Below are positions 19,588-29,275 of a stretch of DNA of 64,000 nucleotides, piece after piece. Under the pieces are notes generated by a model. That model saw nothing but the letters and a program-made list of their open reading frames with translations, did not search any database and was not told where the DNA came from. Each line of letters opens with the position of its first letter. Position 1 is the stretch's first letter. A program made the position numbers and the translations under genes. The DNA comes from an uncultured Victivallales bacterium (GTDB lineage: Bacteria; Verrucomicrobiota; Kiritimatiellia; UBA8416; SLMC01), in contig CAZYAW010000088.1 in the NCBI GenBank assembly GCA_964646045.1, forward strand, positions 239 through 64,238, in the 5' to 3' direction.

Positions 19588-20760
19588 CTAGGGTTTCCCT
19601 TTGTTTCCTGTTCCGTTTGCCGTTTGACGATTATTCCGGCGTCCGACTTTTTTGAGGGCCGACCAGCGGCCGCGCAACCATTGGCCGCCCGGAACGGACG
19701 CCAGACCGGCGGTCGCCTGTTTTTCTATTTTGAGCACGTCGCGCATCCAGATCGAGCCCTTGGGCACGGTATTGGCCACCGCATCGCGCAGCATGGCCTT
19801 GATCACATATTTGCCGTCGCGGCCCTTGGCCTGCGCCCGGAAGTCCACCAGCAGCCGATGCGCCAGGACCGGATAGGCCACTTCCATGATATCCTGTTTC
19901 GTCACGTGCCGGCGACCGCAGGACAGGGCAATGACCTTGGCCAGCTTGATCAGCGCCTGCGTGGCGCGCGGCGAAGCGCCCAGCCGCACGTTGTCCACCA
20001 CGGCACGGCAGGTGGAAGCTTCTTTCGGGCGACTGGAGCGGACGATCGACATGGCAAAGGCCTTGACGGACGGCACGACCGGCACCTCCTGCGCCAGCGC
20101 CTGCATGGCCAGAATCGTTTGCGGATCGGTTACGGCCCGGATCTCGGGCCGGTAGGTGCCGGTCGTGCTGCGCACAATGGCCCGCTCCTCGCTTTCCGTC
20201 GGATAGTCCTGTTCGATCATCATGATGAAGCGATCGACCTGCGCCTCGCCCAGCATGAAGACGCCCTCGTGATCGAGCGTGTTCTGCGTGGCCACGATCA
20301 TGAAGGGTTTGGGCAGAAAATAGGTTTGCCCGCCCATCGTGATCTGCTTTTCCTGCATGACTTCCAGCAGCGCCGCCTGGGACCGGGCCGGACTGCGGTT
20401 GACTTCGTCGGCCAGCACCATATTGGCGAAAACCGGGCCTTTGAAAAAATGGAAGCTCCGCTCGCCGGTCTGGGCGTTGCGCTCCAGCACTTCCGTCCCG
20501 GTGATATCCGTCGGCAGTAGATCGGGCGTGAACTGAATGCGCCCGTGGTCGAGTCCCAGAATGTCCGAAAGCGACTTGACGATGAGCGTGCGCCCCAGCC
20601 CCGGAAACCCCTTCAGCAGAACGTGCCCGCCGGCGAAAACGGCCGCCAGCAAATGGGTGATCACCTGTTCCTGACCCATGACGATCTTGGCCATCTCCCG
20701 GCGAATCGCATGAAAATTGTCGTAAAACTCCTTGGTGGAGATCGAACCGTTCCCGTTCAT
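19588..20760 (-). CDS. MoxR-family AAA+ ATPase (second paralog)
   Basis: GFPGLGRT Walker A and LADEVNR Walker B. GGAGG Shine-Dalgarno precedes the downstream MoxR gene. Confidence 0.8.
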   Translation of the reverse strand: MNGNGSISTKEFYDNFHAIRREMAKIVMGQEQVITHLLAAVFAGGHVLLKGFPGLGRTLIVKSLSDILGLDHGRIQFTPDLLPTDITGTEVLERNAQTGERSFHFFKGPVFANMVLADEVNRSPARSQAALLEVMQEKQITMGGQTYFLPKPFMIVATQNTLDHEGVFMLGEAQVDRFIMMIEQDYPTESEERAIVRSTTGTYRPEIRAVTDPQTILAMQALAQEVPVVPSVKAFAMSIVRSSRPKEASTCRAVVDNVRLGASPRATQALIKLAKVIALSCGRRHVTKQDIMEVAYPVLAHRLLVDFRAQAKGRDGKYVIKAMLRDAVANTVPKGSIWMRDVLKIEKQATAGLASVPGGQWLRGRWSALKKVGRRNNRQTANGTGNKGKP

Positions 20761-20792
20761 TTCATCCTCGCTTCCCGCTGCGCGTACGCCTT

Positions 20793-22040
20793 CTACTGCG
20801 CCGCAAACTTCAATACGCGCGCCGCGCCCCAGTTGGCGACATCGCCAATGTCCAGATCGCCGCCGCTGACGACTTTGAGCGTCAACATCTTGACCCCTTT
20901 GACGGGGACCGAAACCGAGAGCGAACGCGCATCGGAACCCTTGACCAACGGGCTCTTGTACAGGGACCGGCCGTCGCCGAGCACTTCGAAAACCACGCTG
21001 CCGCGCTTGCCCATGCGCGTATCGACACCGACATCCGACTGGAACTTCTCGTAGCGCCCGCCCAGATCGAAGGTCAGGGCGGCATCGGCATGCACGCCAA
21101 TGCCCCAGGGGTAGTTCTGGCCCGCAATGGACAACACGTTGCCGTGACAGTTGAAGTCCATTTTGTAGGGTTGCGGCGGCATCAAAATGGTCTGTTCCTC
21201 AACCTTGACCGGATCGATCTGGGAAAGGTATTGTACCTTGCCGCCCAGCACCTGCACCAGCGAAATTTCGTCCAGATCGATATGCAGCGGTTTCGGCATC
21301 CAGTCCGTCTGGAACGCCCATTCGCGGGAGCGGATGTGCGCCAGGCGTCCCGAAAGAACGCTGCGATCGCGACCGGTCAGGGCCAGCCGCAACTCGCCCT
21401 TCCAGGGCTCGACTTTGGCGCGGGCCACATCGGCCATGCGCACGCCGCGCAAATACATGATATTAAACGAGCGGACCTGCAGCAAGTCGTCGATATCCAT
21501 GTGCAGCGCCGTCCGTTCCAGACCGCGCACCACGCCGGTAATCTCCGAGCCGCGCCGGTCCACCAAAGCGTCGCGGTATGCCAGGCCGGGAATAGCCCGA
21601 CTATCGACCAGCTCCTCCGCCCGGAAACTGGCGAAGCCCATCATGGGCTGCGTCACGAACCCGCGCAAATGGGACATATCCAGAAAAACCGTCCCGGCCA
21701 TCGGGGTATCGACCTGCAGCTTGTCGCCTTCGTGTCCCAGAATCTGTCCGCGCAAATAGCCGCGTCCAACAAAACGCATCTCCTGGGTACCGGCCTGGGT
21801 CAGCAGCGGATCGCGCCCGAAAAAACGAATGGCGACAATATCCTCCATGGCAATGACCCGTTCCTTGCCCTCGGGCAGAAACACCGCCACCTTGTTGCCG
21901 TCTTCGACGCGCTGCACCAGACCGTACACGCGGGTATTGTCGGCCAGCCAGATCTCTTCCCCTCGCGCCCCGTGCACCGTACCGCAAAACAGCGCCAAAG
22001 CCATGCAGACCGAGGTTCGCCATGTCATTCTTTTCACTGT
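20793..22040 (-). CDS. Secreted protein with C-terminal NPCBM (NEW2) carbohydrate-binding-like domain; start GTG 22040 or ATG 22028
   Basis: Signal-peptide-like MTWRTSVCMALALFCGTVHG. The last ~130 aa carry the NPCBM pattern (GIGVHA...GSVVFEV.GDG..L....DIGDVANWGAARV). AGGGAGG Shine-Dalgarno 6 nt upstream of the GTG. Confidence 0.6.
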   Translation of the reverse strand, partial: TVKRMTWRTSVCMALALFCGTVHGARGEEIWLADNTRVYGLVQRVEDGNKVAVFLPEGKERVIAMEDIVAIRFFGRDPLLTQAGTQEMRFVGRGYLRGQILGHEGDKLQVDTPMAGTVFLDMSHLRGFVTQPMMGFASFRAEELVDSRAIPGLAYRDALVDRRGSEITGVVRGLERTALHMDIDDLLQVRSFNIMYLRGVRMADVARAKVEPWKGELRLALTGRDRSVLSGRLAHIRSREWAFQTDWMPKPLHIDLDEISLVQVLGGKVQYLSQIDPVKVEEQTILMPPQPYKMDFNCHGNVLSIAGQNYPWGIGVHADAALTFDLGGRYEKFQSDVGVDTRMGKRGSVVFEVLGDGRSLYKSPLVKGSDARSLSVSVPVKGVKMLTLKVVSGGDLDIGDVANWGAARVLKFAAQ

Positions 22041-25000
22041 GTACCTCCCTCTTCCAGGAACGATGCGTAATAGGCGGAAATCAAAGCCTTGTGTTTGGAC
22101 GGCAGCTCGTGGCTCAAGGCGCGAATCATGATTTCGCGGAGCTCGGCCGGCAATTTGACGTCCTGACGGATGCGCTCCAGAATATAGGCGGCGGTCTGTC
22201 TTTTTTCCCACTCCTCCTGCGTCATCTCCGTGTGCTCGACCGGCTTGGTCGCGGCGACTTCTTCCGCCGAAAGCTCGCGCTCGTCGAGCAGGCCGCGAAT
22301 ATTCTGCATGGCGCGCGCCAGCAGATTCATGGCTTGCTCGCCGGCGGCGATCGCGGCGGCGGCGTCCTTCTCCAGATTGGCCAGCGAAACACCCTTGTAA
22401 TCGCGAATCTCGCCGATACCCAGCGCCAGCACCTTGGCCTGCATGTCGGGCGTAAGGGCCTCGACACGCGCAACGGCGCTCTGCATGATCTTGGTCGCCT
22501 GCGCCAAACTTTTTTCCGCCTGACCGCGATTGACTTTCTCTATGGCTACTGCGGTCGCCCCCTGCGGACGATGTTCGGCAAAGCGGCGCACCTTTCTGAG
22601 AACGTCGTTCTGCAGCAGAGTGGCATGATTGATCTCGGCCGTCATGGCGGCCACCTCGTCCAGGTTCTTGTCCCGCACAATGTACCGGCGGTCGAAAGCG
22701 TCCTTGCCGCCGCGGCGCTTGTTCTCCTCCACCGCTTCGCCGATCAGCTTGCGCTGGGAAACAAAACTCATGGCATCCTTCAGCGTGGACATGGCATCGG
22801 CCTGCAACTGTTGCGTATGCTTTTGCAGCGCCTGCTCCTCGACCAGCTTGAGCGACTGCAGGAATTCGGTGCGCACTTGGCCGAGCATACCGGCCAGTGG
22901 CTTGTCCTCGGGCTTGTCGGCCTCCTTGACCGCCACGTCCAGCGCCTGTACGGCCCGATTCTGGAAATCCTGAATAATAAAGCGTTTGAGACGAATATAG
23001 CGCGGCATTTCCTTTTCCGAGCTGTTGTCGTTCAGGTAGCGCGTGCGGGCCAGGACGCTGTCCTGGGTCGACCAGGCCAGATCCAGCGCCATCGAGAGGC
23101 GGTCGGATCCCACCGGCAGGGCCTTGATCATATCCTCCCAGGTCATACGTTCCGGCGGGGCTCCCCCGGCGTCGGCCACCTGCACGGGCTCCGCTGCGTC
23201 TTCCCCTTCCCCGGGTTTTGGCACTTCAACCACTTGCCCCAGCGTCGTGACCGGGACCATGGCCAGCGTAATGGCCGGATCTTCGTCCAGACGCTGACCC
23301 GCCAGGATCAGACCGCCCTTGACAATGTTGAGGGCATGCAGCGCCGCCTCCTGATCCTTGATGATCTGGTAGGGCTGGTTGTTGGCAATGGCTTTGGCGG
23401 CCCGATCCAGAAATTCGTTGACCCGATGACTGCGCAACTGCTCGTAGGCGACTTCCAGCGGCTCCTGAATGCTGGTGCGCTTTTGCAGCCGGGCATTGTT
23501 CTGCATGTGAACCAGTTGATTTTCCACCTCGGTCTCCACGTCGAGCATGGTCTTCTGGCGTGCCCCCAAGGTCATCAGCGCATCCAGATCCTTTTCCTGG
23601 ATGTCCCCCGTCTCCAGACCGATCAGGCGCGGCGCAATCTCGCGCGTGAGAACGAGCACTTCCTCCTGCTCCTCGTGCAGCAGGGTGGTGCGCACGGCGC
23701 TGATTTGCAAGTCGCGCCAGTCGAAGATGCGTTTGAGGGCCATTTCCAGATTGAGCAGCGCGTATTTCTGGTGGTCTTTGAAGGCCGCATAGGCTTCCGC
23801 GCGCTTGCCTTTCAACGCGGCTTCCGCCGCCTCGGCGGCGGTCTGCGGGCGAGCGTCGCGAACTTTCTGCTCGATCTCCTTGTGATAATCATCCAGAACC
23901 CTTTGCAGGTACTGGGCCACCACATTGAGGCGGGCCGACATGAACTCCAAGTGCATGCGGTTCTGCTCGTAGCCGGCGGTCAGGTCGCGCAGATGCATGT
24001 TCATGGCCCGCGCGGCGCGAATGGAAGCGTTCTGCCGATCCGTCATGCCGGTCCACAGCGGATCGTCCTCCGCGCCGGTGCCCTTGGCCGCCCATTCGGC
24101 GGCCATTTGCCAGGCCTGCAACTGGTTTTCCCAGGCGATGCGGGCTTCCGCCTCGATGGCGCGCGCCCGCTCAATGGATTCCAGGTGGTACTGACTGGGA
24201 CGCACCAGATTGATTTCGTACGAGACGGAGTCCACCAGACCCTTGCCGGTCGGATTGACGTCCTTGGCCCGCAGAAAATAGCGCAGGATGCCCGCCTGCG
24301 GAAGGTCCTCCATGCGACTGAGATCCCAGTTGAAGCGGTGCTCGCTGCGCGTTCCGCGCTGCGGAATGCCGCCCGCCGTGCGACTGTCGAGCGCACGGGG
24401 TTCCTGGCCGTCCATGTGGTACATGAACTGCACTTTTTCCAGTCCGTAGTCGTCGGTGACGCGCAACATGACGTTCACGGCCAGATTGCGCGTTCCCGAC
24501 AGGTTGCGGCCGGGCGCGACGATCTCCACCTCGGGCGCATTGTCGGGAATGACGCTGATTTCATATACCTGCGGACGGGGTTCGCGGTAGCCGTGTTCCT
24601 CGTAAAGCTCGATGCGGTAGGAACCCTCCTTCTCCAAAAACATGCTGTGCTCGAAAGTCGTGCCGCGCCGTCCCAGCGTCAATACGACGGGTTCTTCGTC
24701 CTCGAAGACGTAGCGCGCCTCCGTGAGGCGCATGGACGACTCGAACTCCAGGCGCACCTTGGTGCCCTCCAGTCCCTGCAACTGCCCGCTGGCCACCGAG
24801 CGATTGGGAATGCCGGCATACACCGGATAGTCGTAGTGCGCCGTCACGCTGCGGATGTAGGGGCGCTGAATGATCTGCACCACAAACGTTTCGGTCAAAT
24901 AGTCTCCCCCGCGAATATTGAAACGAATCTCCTCGCGCACATCCTTGAAATTGTACTCGAAGGTATCGTCGGCGCGCACCTCGATATTCTCGCGAATCCA

Positions 25001-25717
25001 ATGCCCGGTTGTGCGGTCGCGATAGGACATCACCACATGCGCGGGCTTCTCGCCCTCCACCGATCCCTTGACGGCCAGGGACTCCATGGCGGGAATGGTC
25101 CAGCCGCGCTCGGGTTCCTCGATCACAATCGTGGTGCGATGCGGCCAGCGCAGCGAGGAAAACGGATTGAAGAAGCGGACCAGACCGATCGCCGCATACT
25201 CGTGCAGCACGACGGAAAGTCCCACGAAAACGGCCAGCACAATAGCCGCGCGGCGGGTCCAGAGCGTGACTTGCGCGGTTTTAACGGCCTCCGCCTCGCG
25301 GGCCTGTTCGGCGACGGGCGCCACGTCGTGAATGGCACTGTCCGCCAGCGCTTTTCCAGTCTCGCCTTGCGTTTCCTGGATGTCCTCGTTTTCGATCAGC
25401 TCGTACAAATCGAGGAGCATGGCCCGCTCCGGCGGCAGAACCGAATCCATGTACCCCAGGGTCTGCTTATGGTTCCAGGGTGTCGCCAAAGGCCTGACGA
25501 TCGTCCACCAGACGGCGGCGCCGATCAGGGCCAGATAGGCGACCAGATTGACGAAACGCACAAAGCCGCCGAAATGTATCCACCAGTCGAGCAGCAGCAG
25601 CGGCGGCAGGACGACCAGGCCCAGCGCCACCAGACGCGCGATGCCGATCCGCTTTATGGCGCTTCTGAACTTGGCCTGAAAATCCGCACACAGGCCGGCG
25701 AGGTTGCCGAGTTCCAT
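22034..25717 (-). CDS. Large (1227 aa) membrane-anchored beta-rich plus long alpha-helical/coiled-coil protein (DUF4175-like, MoxR-operon associated)
   Basis: 2-3 N-terminal TM helices, a mid beta-rich region, and a C-terminal ~600 aa that is E/K/A/L-rich with heptad-like spacing. Balanced composition, unlike the R/G-rich antisense ORF 22022..25795. Confidence 0.55.
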   Translation of the reverse strand: MELGNLAGLCADFQAKFRSAIKRIGIARLVALGLVVLPPLLLLDWWIHFGGFVRFVNLVAYLALIGAAVWWTIVRPLATPWNHKQTLGYMDSVLPPERAMLLDLYELIENEDIQETQGETGKALADSAIHDVAPVAEQAREAEAVKTAQVTLWTRRAAIVLAVFVGLSVVLHEYAAIGLVRFFNPFSSLRWPHRTTIVIEEPERGWTIPAMESLAVKGSVEGEKPAHVVMSYRDRTTGHWIRENIEVRADDTFEYNFKDVREEIRFNIRGGDYLTETFVVQIIQRPYIRSVTAHYDYPVYAGIPNRSVASGQLQGLEGTKVRLEFESSMRLTEARYVFEDEEPVVLTLGRRGTTFEHSMFLEKEGSYRIELYEEHGYREPRPQVYEISVIPDNAPEVEIVAPGRNLSGTRNLAVNVMLRVTDDYGLEKVQFMYHMDGQEPRALDSRTAGGIPQRGTRSEHRFNWDLSRMEDLPQAGILRYFLRAKDVNPTGKGLVDSVSYEINLVRPSQYHLESIERARAIEAEARIAWENQLQAWQMAAEWAAKGTGAEDDPLWTGMTDRQNASIRAARAMNMHLRDLTAGYEQNRMHLEFMSARLNVVAQYLQRVLDDYHKEIEQKVRDARPQTAAEAAEAALKGKRAEAYAAFKDHQKYALLNLEMALKRIFDWRDLQISAVRTTLLHEEQEEVLVLTREIAPRLIGLETGDIQEKDLDALMTLGARQKTMLDVETEVENQLVHMQNNARLQKRTSIQEPLEVAYEQLRSHRVNEFLDRAAKAIANNQPYQIIKDQEAALHALNIVKGGLILAGQRLDEDPAITLAMVPVTTLGQVVEVPKPGEGEDAAEPVQVADAGGAPPERMTWEDMIKALPVGSDRLSMALDLAWSTQDSVLARTRYLNDNSSEKEMPRYIRLKRFIIQDFQNRAVQALDVAVKEADKPEDKPLAGMLGQVRTEFLQSLKLVEEQALQKHTQQLQADAMSTLKDAMSFVSQRKLIGEAVEENKRRGGKDAFDRRYIVRDKNLDEVAAMTAEINHATLLQNDVLRKVRRFAEHRPQGATAVAIEKVNRGQAEKSLAQATKIMQSAVARVEALTPDMQAKVLALGIGEIRDYKGVSLANLEKDAAAAIAAGEQAMNLLARAMQNIRGLLDERELSAEEVAATKPVEHTEMTQEEWEKRQTAAYILERIRQDVKLPAELREIMIRALSHELPSKHKALISAYYASFLEEGGTQ

Positions 25718-25730
25718 AGCAAGCTACTCC

Positions 25731-26927
25731 TTATCTCTCGTAAATGGGCAGATACCCGTAGGGGGCCTGCAAAGCAATGGCCGCCATGGCCGTGACATAG
25801 ACCGTGTTGCCGCGATGGTCGGCGAATTCGCCGTCCTTGCGGCGGGCGGCCCGCAGAATCTCCACCGCCTTCTTGTAGTAGGGCAGGTAGTACGTGTCGC
25901 CGGTGGTATACATCGCCAGACTGCCGAAGAAAATGCCGTACACGAAATACTCGCGATCCAGAAAATCCTGCACGGTATAGCGCTGATAGTCGTAGGCGAT
26001 GCGGTCGCGGGTCGGCGGGATCAGCATGTGGTCGAGCGAGCCGTCGTTGACCAGCGCGATGATGCCGGTTCCGCTCATGCTGGGATTGGCCGTCAGCCCG
26101 AAATGACGGTAGCGGAACGTGCCGTCCGGCAACGCGCATCTCTCGACATAGGCCATGCCTTTGCGCACCACGTCGGCGGATACGGTGAACCCCGACTTCT
26201 TGGCCGTACGCAACACCCAGAGCGCATTGCCGGTCACCGATATGTCGCTGGCGCCGTCCGGCGAATAGGAATAGCGCCATCCGCCGTCGCGCTTCTGGGC
26301 CTGCTGCATGCCCTCCAGCGCCCGCGTGATGATGGGCCTGAGCCCGGGTTCCCAGGGCATGTCGCCGAAGTTCATCAGCAGCACGAGGGTCGCCAGCAGA
26401 TGTTCGTACATGGGACCCAGCTCGTTGGCCGTCTTGCCGACCAGAATGCCGCTGCTGGTCTGCACGTTGCGCGTCAGGAATTCAATGCCGCGCGTGATCT
26501 GGCGTCCGTACCGGCCGATGTTGGGGCGACTGCCCTCCGACATGAAAGCCATCATGGCCAGAGCCGCCACGCCGGTATTGGACTGAAAATCCTTGTCCGT
26601 CCAGCCGCCGTCGGCGTCCTGCATGGTGACCAGATACTTCAAGGCGCCGTCGATCATCTCCTTGACTTCGTCGGTGAGCAGTTCCTCGGCCATACGGCTG
26701 CGCTCGGTCGCCCGCGGCAGCACCAGAAACGCGGGATCCTTGCCCGGGAAGACCGGCCCCTTTTCCGAAGCCTTGCGCTTAAGCAGATCTTCCACCGCCT
26801 TTTCCTTGGCTTTGGCGTCGGCCGGCGCGCTGGTGGGCCCGAACAGGGCCGTTTCGAACGCGATCCCGACCACGACTGCGGCGACCAGCCGCCTGCTCAG
26901 CGAACTCGATCCGGTCCGTTTTCTCAT
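25731..26927 (-). CDS. Secreted prenyltransferase/squalene-cyclase-repeat (alpha/alpha toroid) protein
   Basis: Repeated DADGGW / RDGGWRY motifs and a signal-like N-terminus (RRLVAAVVVGIAF). ATG at 26927 overlaps the upstream gene stop (ATGA). Confidence 0.55.
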   Translation of the reverse strand: MRKRTGSSSLSRRLVAAVVVGIAFETALFGPTSAPADAKAKEKAVEDLLKRKASEKGPVFPGKDPAFLVLPRATERSRMAEELLTDEVKEMIDGALKYLVTMQDADGGWTDKDFQSNTGVAALAMMAFMSEGSRPNIGRYGRQITRGIEFLTRNVQTSSGILVGKTANELGPMYEHLLATLVLLMNFGDMPWEPGLRPIITRALEGMQQAQKRDGGWRYSYSPDGASDISVTGNALWVLRTAKKSGFTVSADVVRKGMAYVERCALPDGTFRYRHFGLTANPSMSGTGIIALVNDGSLDHMLIPPTRDRIAYDYQRYTVQDFLDREYFVYGIFFGSLAMYTTGDTYYLPYYKKAVEILRAARRKDGEFADHRGNTVYVTAMAAIALQAPYGYLPIYER

Positions 26928-29275
26928 AGCAACCCCCACCATTTTCTGAGCGACCATTCCGCTCCCACGAGGAACAGGAACAGGAACAGGAATCCGATGC
27001 CGTCCCATACTTCGACCATAACGGAACGACGCAGCACCTGAAACTCCGTCGGGATCTCGTCGACGAGCGAACGGAGATCCTGCATGTTGCGATAGTCGAA
27101 ATACTTGCCGCCCGTTTTCTCCGCCAGCGCGCGCATGCCCTCGACATCGGCGCTGGTATCGCGATGCTCCATGGACTGCATGTGGACGCGGAAGACATGC
27201 GAGACGTCGAAAATGGGTCGCGCCTCCGAATCGGCGCCCGGCGCGGCCTGCGTACAGCGCACCACGGTGCTGCCCGTGCGGCGGGCCCGGTAGTGGCCGG
27301 TATAGAGCATGCGACCGCCCGAATCAGGCTGCAGCGGGATCATCTGCTCGTCCTTTTGCGGTGTGGTGACGGAGGCGAAGAGCGGCACGCCGCGCAGTTG
27401 AGCCATCAGGGCCGGATCCAGAACGCGCAGGCGAACCAACACGTTTTCGCCGGGCGAATAAGTGTTGCGTTCGGTATCGAGCGCCACCTGCTGCTGGGAT
27501 CCCTTGAGCCGCGTTTCGCCGAGATAGCGAATCGCACGCGTCCAGAGCCGATCGTAGTCGAAGGTTTCAAAAGGAAAGCGCCAGCGCCAAAGGCTATTGA
27601 TGCCGGAATAGAAAACCGCCCCCTCGCCGTAGCGCTGAATCACCATCAGCGGCACGGTGTCGGCGGCCAACCCGCCGCCGTCGGCGCTCGGCTCGGTCTC
27701 GAGCAGCGTAATGGCGTCCGGCTTGACCCGTTCGACGGGGGCGTGCCAGTAGAACTTCGGGAAAGTCGCCCAGATTTTCTCGTTGTCCTCCTCGTGACTC
27801 GATGCCAGCATAATGGGATGGTCCCGCCCGATCGTGGTGCGCCGCACCGCCCGCTCGCGGTCGAAGACCTGAAAATAGTTGGGCATCAGGTTGCGATCAA
27901 CTTCGACCGGCAGCAGGTTGCGCATGCGCACGGCGTGCACCTGGACGAATTTCGCCATGCCGTGGTTGCGCCCGGCCATGATCAGCAGGCCGCCGCCACG
28001 CCGCACCATATCGTCGATGCCGGTGATCTGCTGGGTCGTAATCTTGTTGGGGTCGGCGTCGAAGAGAATGCAGACGTCGTAGCGTTGCCAGTCGGCCAGA
28101 TCCTCGGGCAGCCGACTCAGCGTGACATTGCCCTGCTGAACATAGTCCACGTCCGCATTCTGCAGCCAGGTGGACAGCTCCAACACCGGGTCGCGCAGCA
28201 GCGCCGGCACCAGATAGTAGTATTCGCGCGTGGGCTCGCCCGCGATCAGAATGACACGCAAGGAGCGACGCACCACCTTGACATGGACGGAAGCCTCGTT
28301 GTTTTCCAGGTTCACTTCGTCGGGCTGGATCGGAAGCGAGACCTTGAACTCGCGAATGCCTTCGACCTCGGGCACGGTGGCGATCGGCACGCGGTTTTCG
28401 CCGCGGCGCAGTTGCACGCGCCGACTGGCCACCTGTTCGCCCTCTTCCGTGAGGGTCAGCGTCGTCACCAGTTGATCCTGAATCTGATTGACGATTTTCA
28501 AGTCGAAAATCAGAACGTCGCCCAGACTGGCTTCGGCTTCCACAAGGACGTCCTCGATGCCCAGGTCGCGCAGGGGATGTTCGGTGCCGAAAACCACCGT
28601 ATGCACCGGCACATTGGCCCGCGCCGCCTGTTCGGCCGCCACTTCGAGACTGGCGCCGCTGGTCTGGCGTCCGTCGCTCAGCAGCACGATCCCGGAAATG
28701 CGTTCGTCGGACAGATTGCGCAGCGTGGCGACGATGGAGTCGCCGACATTCGAGTATTCGCCGGTCGGTTCGGCGGCTTTGGTGAATAGCTCGTCCCGTG
28801 TCATCGGCGCCTGGCTGCGATTTTCGCGATAGGGCATTTCGCGCAGCAGCCGCAACATGTCGGAAAAGGTGAACACACGGACGCGATGCGACAGCGTAAG
28901 CGGTTCCTGCAGCGTGTTGACGGCCTCCTGCATGGTGTCGTAGCGAGTGCGCCGGTCTCGGGGCCGGGCCTGGACCATGGGATTTTCGAGCGTATCCGGG
29001 AAGTCCATGCTCAGGGACTCGTCCACGATCATGGCTACGGCGGGCAGACGGCGCGTGGTGTGGACCAGCGTCACGGCCGGGCGCGCCAGCGCCAGCAGGC
29101 CTAAACCGGCCACCAGCACACGTAAGATCCAGAGCGTACGCTTCTGCCGCGGGGTCAGCCGTCGGGCCTGGCGAGCCTCGCTGCGATAGAAGCGCGCGTA
29201 CACGAACAGCAGCGCGACACCCAGTACGACCAGGAACACGATAAACGGTTGGCTTGTCAGCATCGTTGGCTTCAT
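26924..29275 (-). CDS. Large vWA-domain membrane protein (BatB/BatA-like), N- and C-terminal TM anchors
   Basis: Two N-terminal TM helices, a vWA MIDAS-like motif (IVDESLSMD), and a C-terminal TM (GIGFLFLFLFLVGAEW). Confidence 0.6.
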   Translation of the reverse strand: MKPTMLTSQPFIVFLVVLGVALLFVYARFYRSEARQARRLTPRQKRTLWILRVLVAGLGLLALARPAVTLVHTTRRLPAVAMIVDESLSMDFPDTLENPMVQARPRDRRTRYDTMQEAVNTLQEPLTLSHRVRVFTFSDMLRLLREMPYRENRSQAPMTRDELFTKAAEPTGEYSNVGDSIVATLRNLSDERISGIVLLSDGRQTSGASLEVAAEQAARANVPVHTVVFGTEHPLRDLGIEDVLVEAEASLGDVLIFDLKIVNQIQDQLVTTLTLTEEGEQVASRRVQLRRGENRVPIATVPEVEGIREFKVSLPIQPDEVNLENNEASVHVKVVRRSLRVILIAGEPTREYYYLVPALLRDPVLELSTWLQNADVDYVQQGNVTLSRLPEDLADWQRYDVCILFDADPNKITTQQITGIDDMVRRGGGLLIMAGRNHGMAKFVQVHAVRMRNLLPVEVDRNLMPNYFQVFDRERAVRRTTIGRDHPIMLASSHEEDNEKIWATFPKFYWHAPVERVKPDAITLLETEPSADGGGLAADTVPLMVIQRYGEGAVFYSGINSLWRWRFPFETFDYDRLWTRAIRYLGETRLKGSQQQVALDTERNTYSPGENVLVRLRVLDPALMAQLRGVPLFASVTTPQKDEQMIPLQPDSGGRMLYTGHYRARRTGSTVVRCTQAAPGADSEARPIFDVSHVFRVHMQSMEHRDTSADVEGMRALAEKTGGKYFDYRNMQDLRSLVDEIPTEFQVLRRSVMVEVWDGIGFLFLFLFLVGAEWSLRKWWGLL

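Noticed and set aside
22022-25795. 1257-aa plus-strand ORF opposite the 1227-aa minus-strand gene.
   Set aside because: Composition is biased (R/G/L/H) with no motifs or TM helices. The minus-strand product has coherent TM plus coiled-coil architecture and operon-consistent 4-nt junctions.
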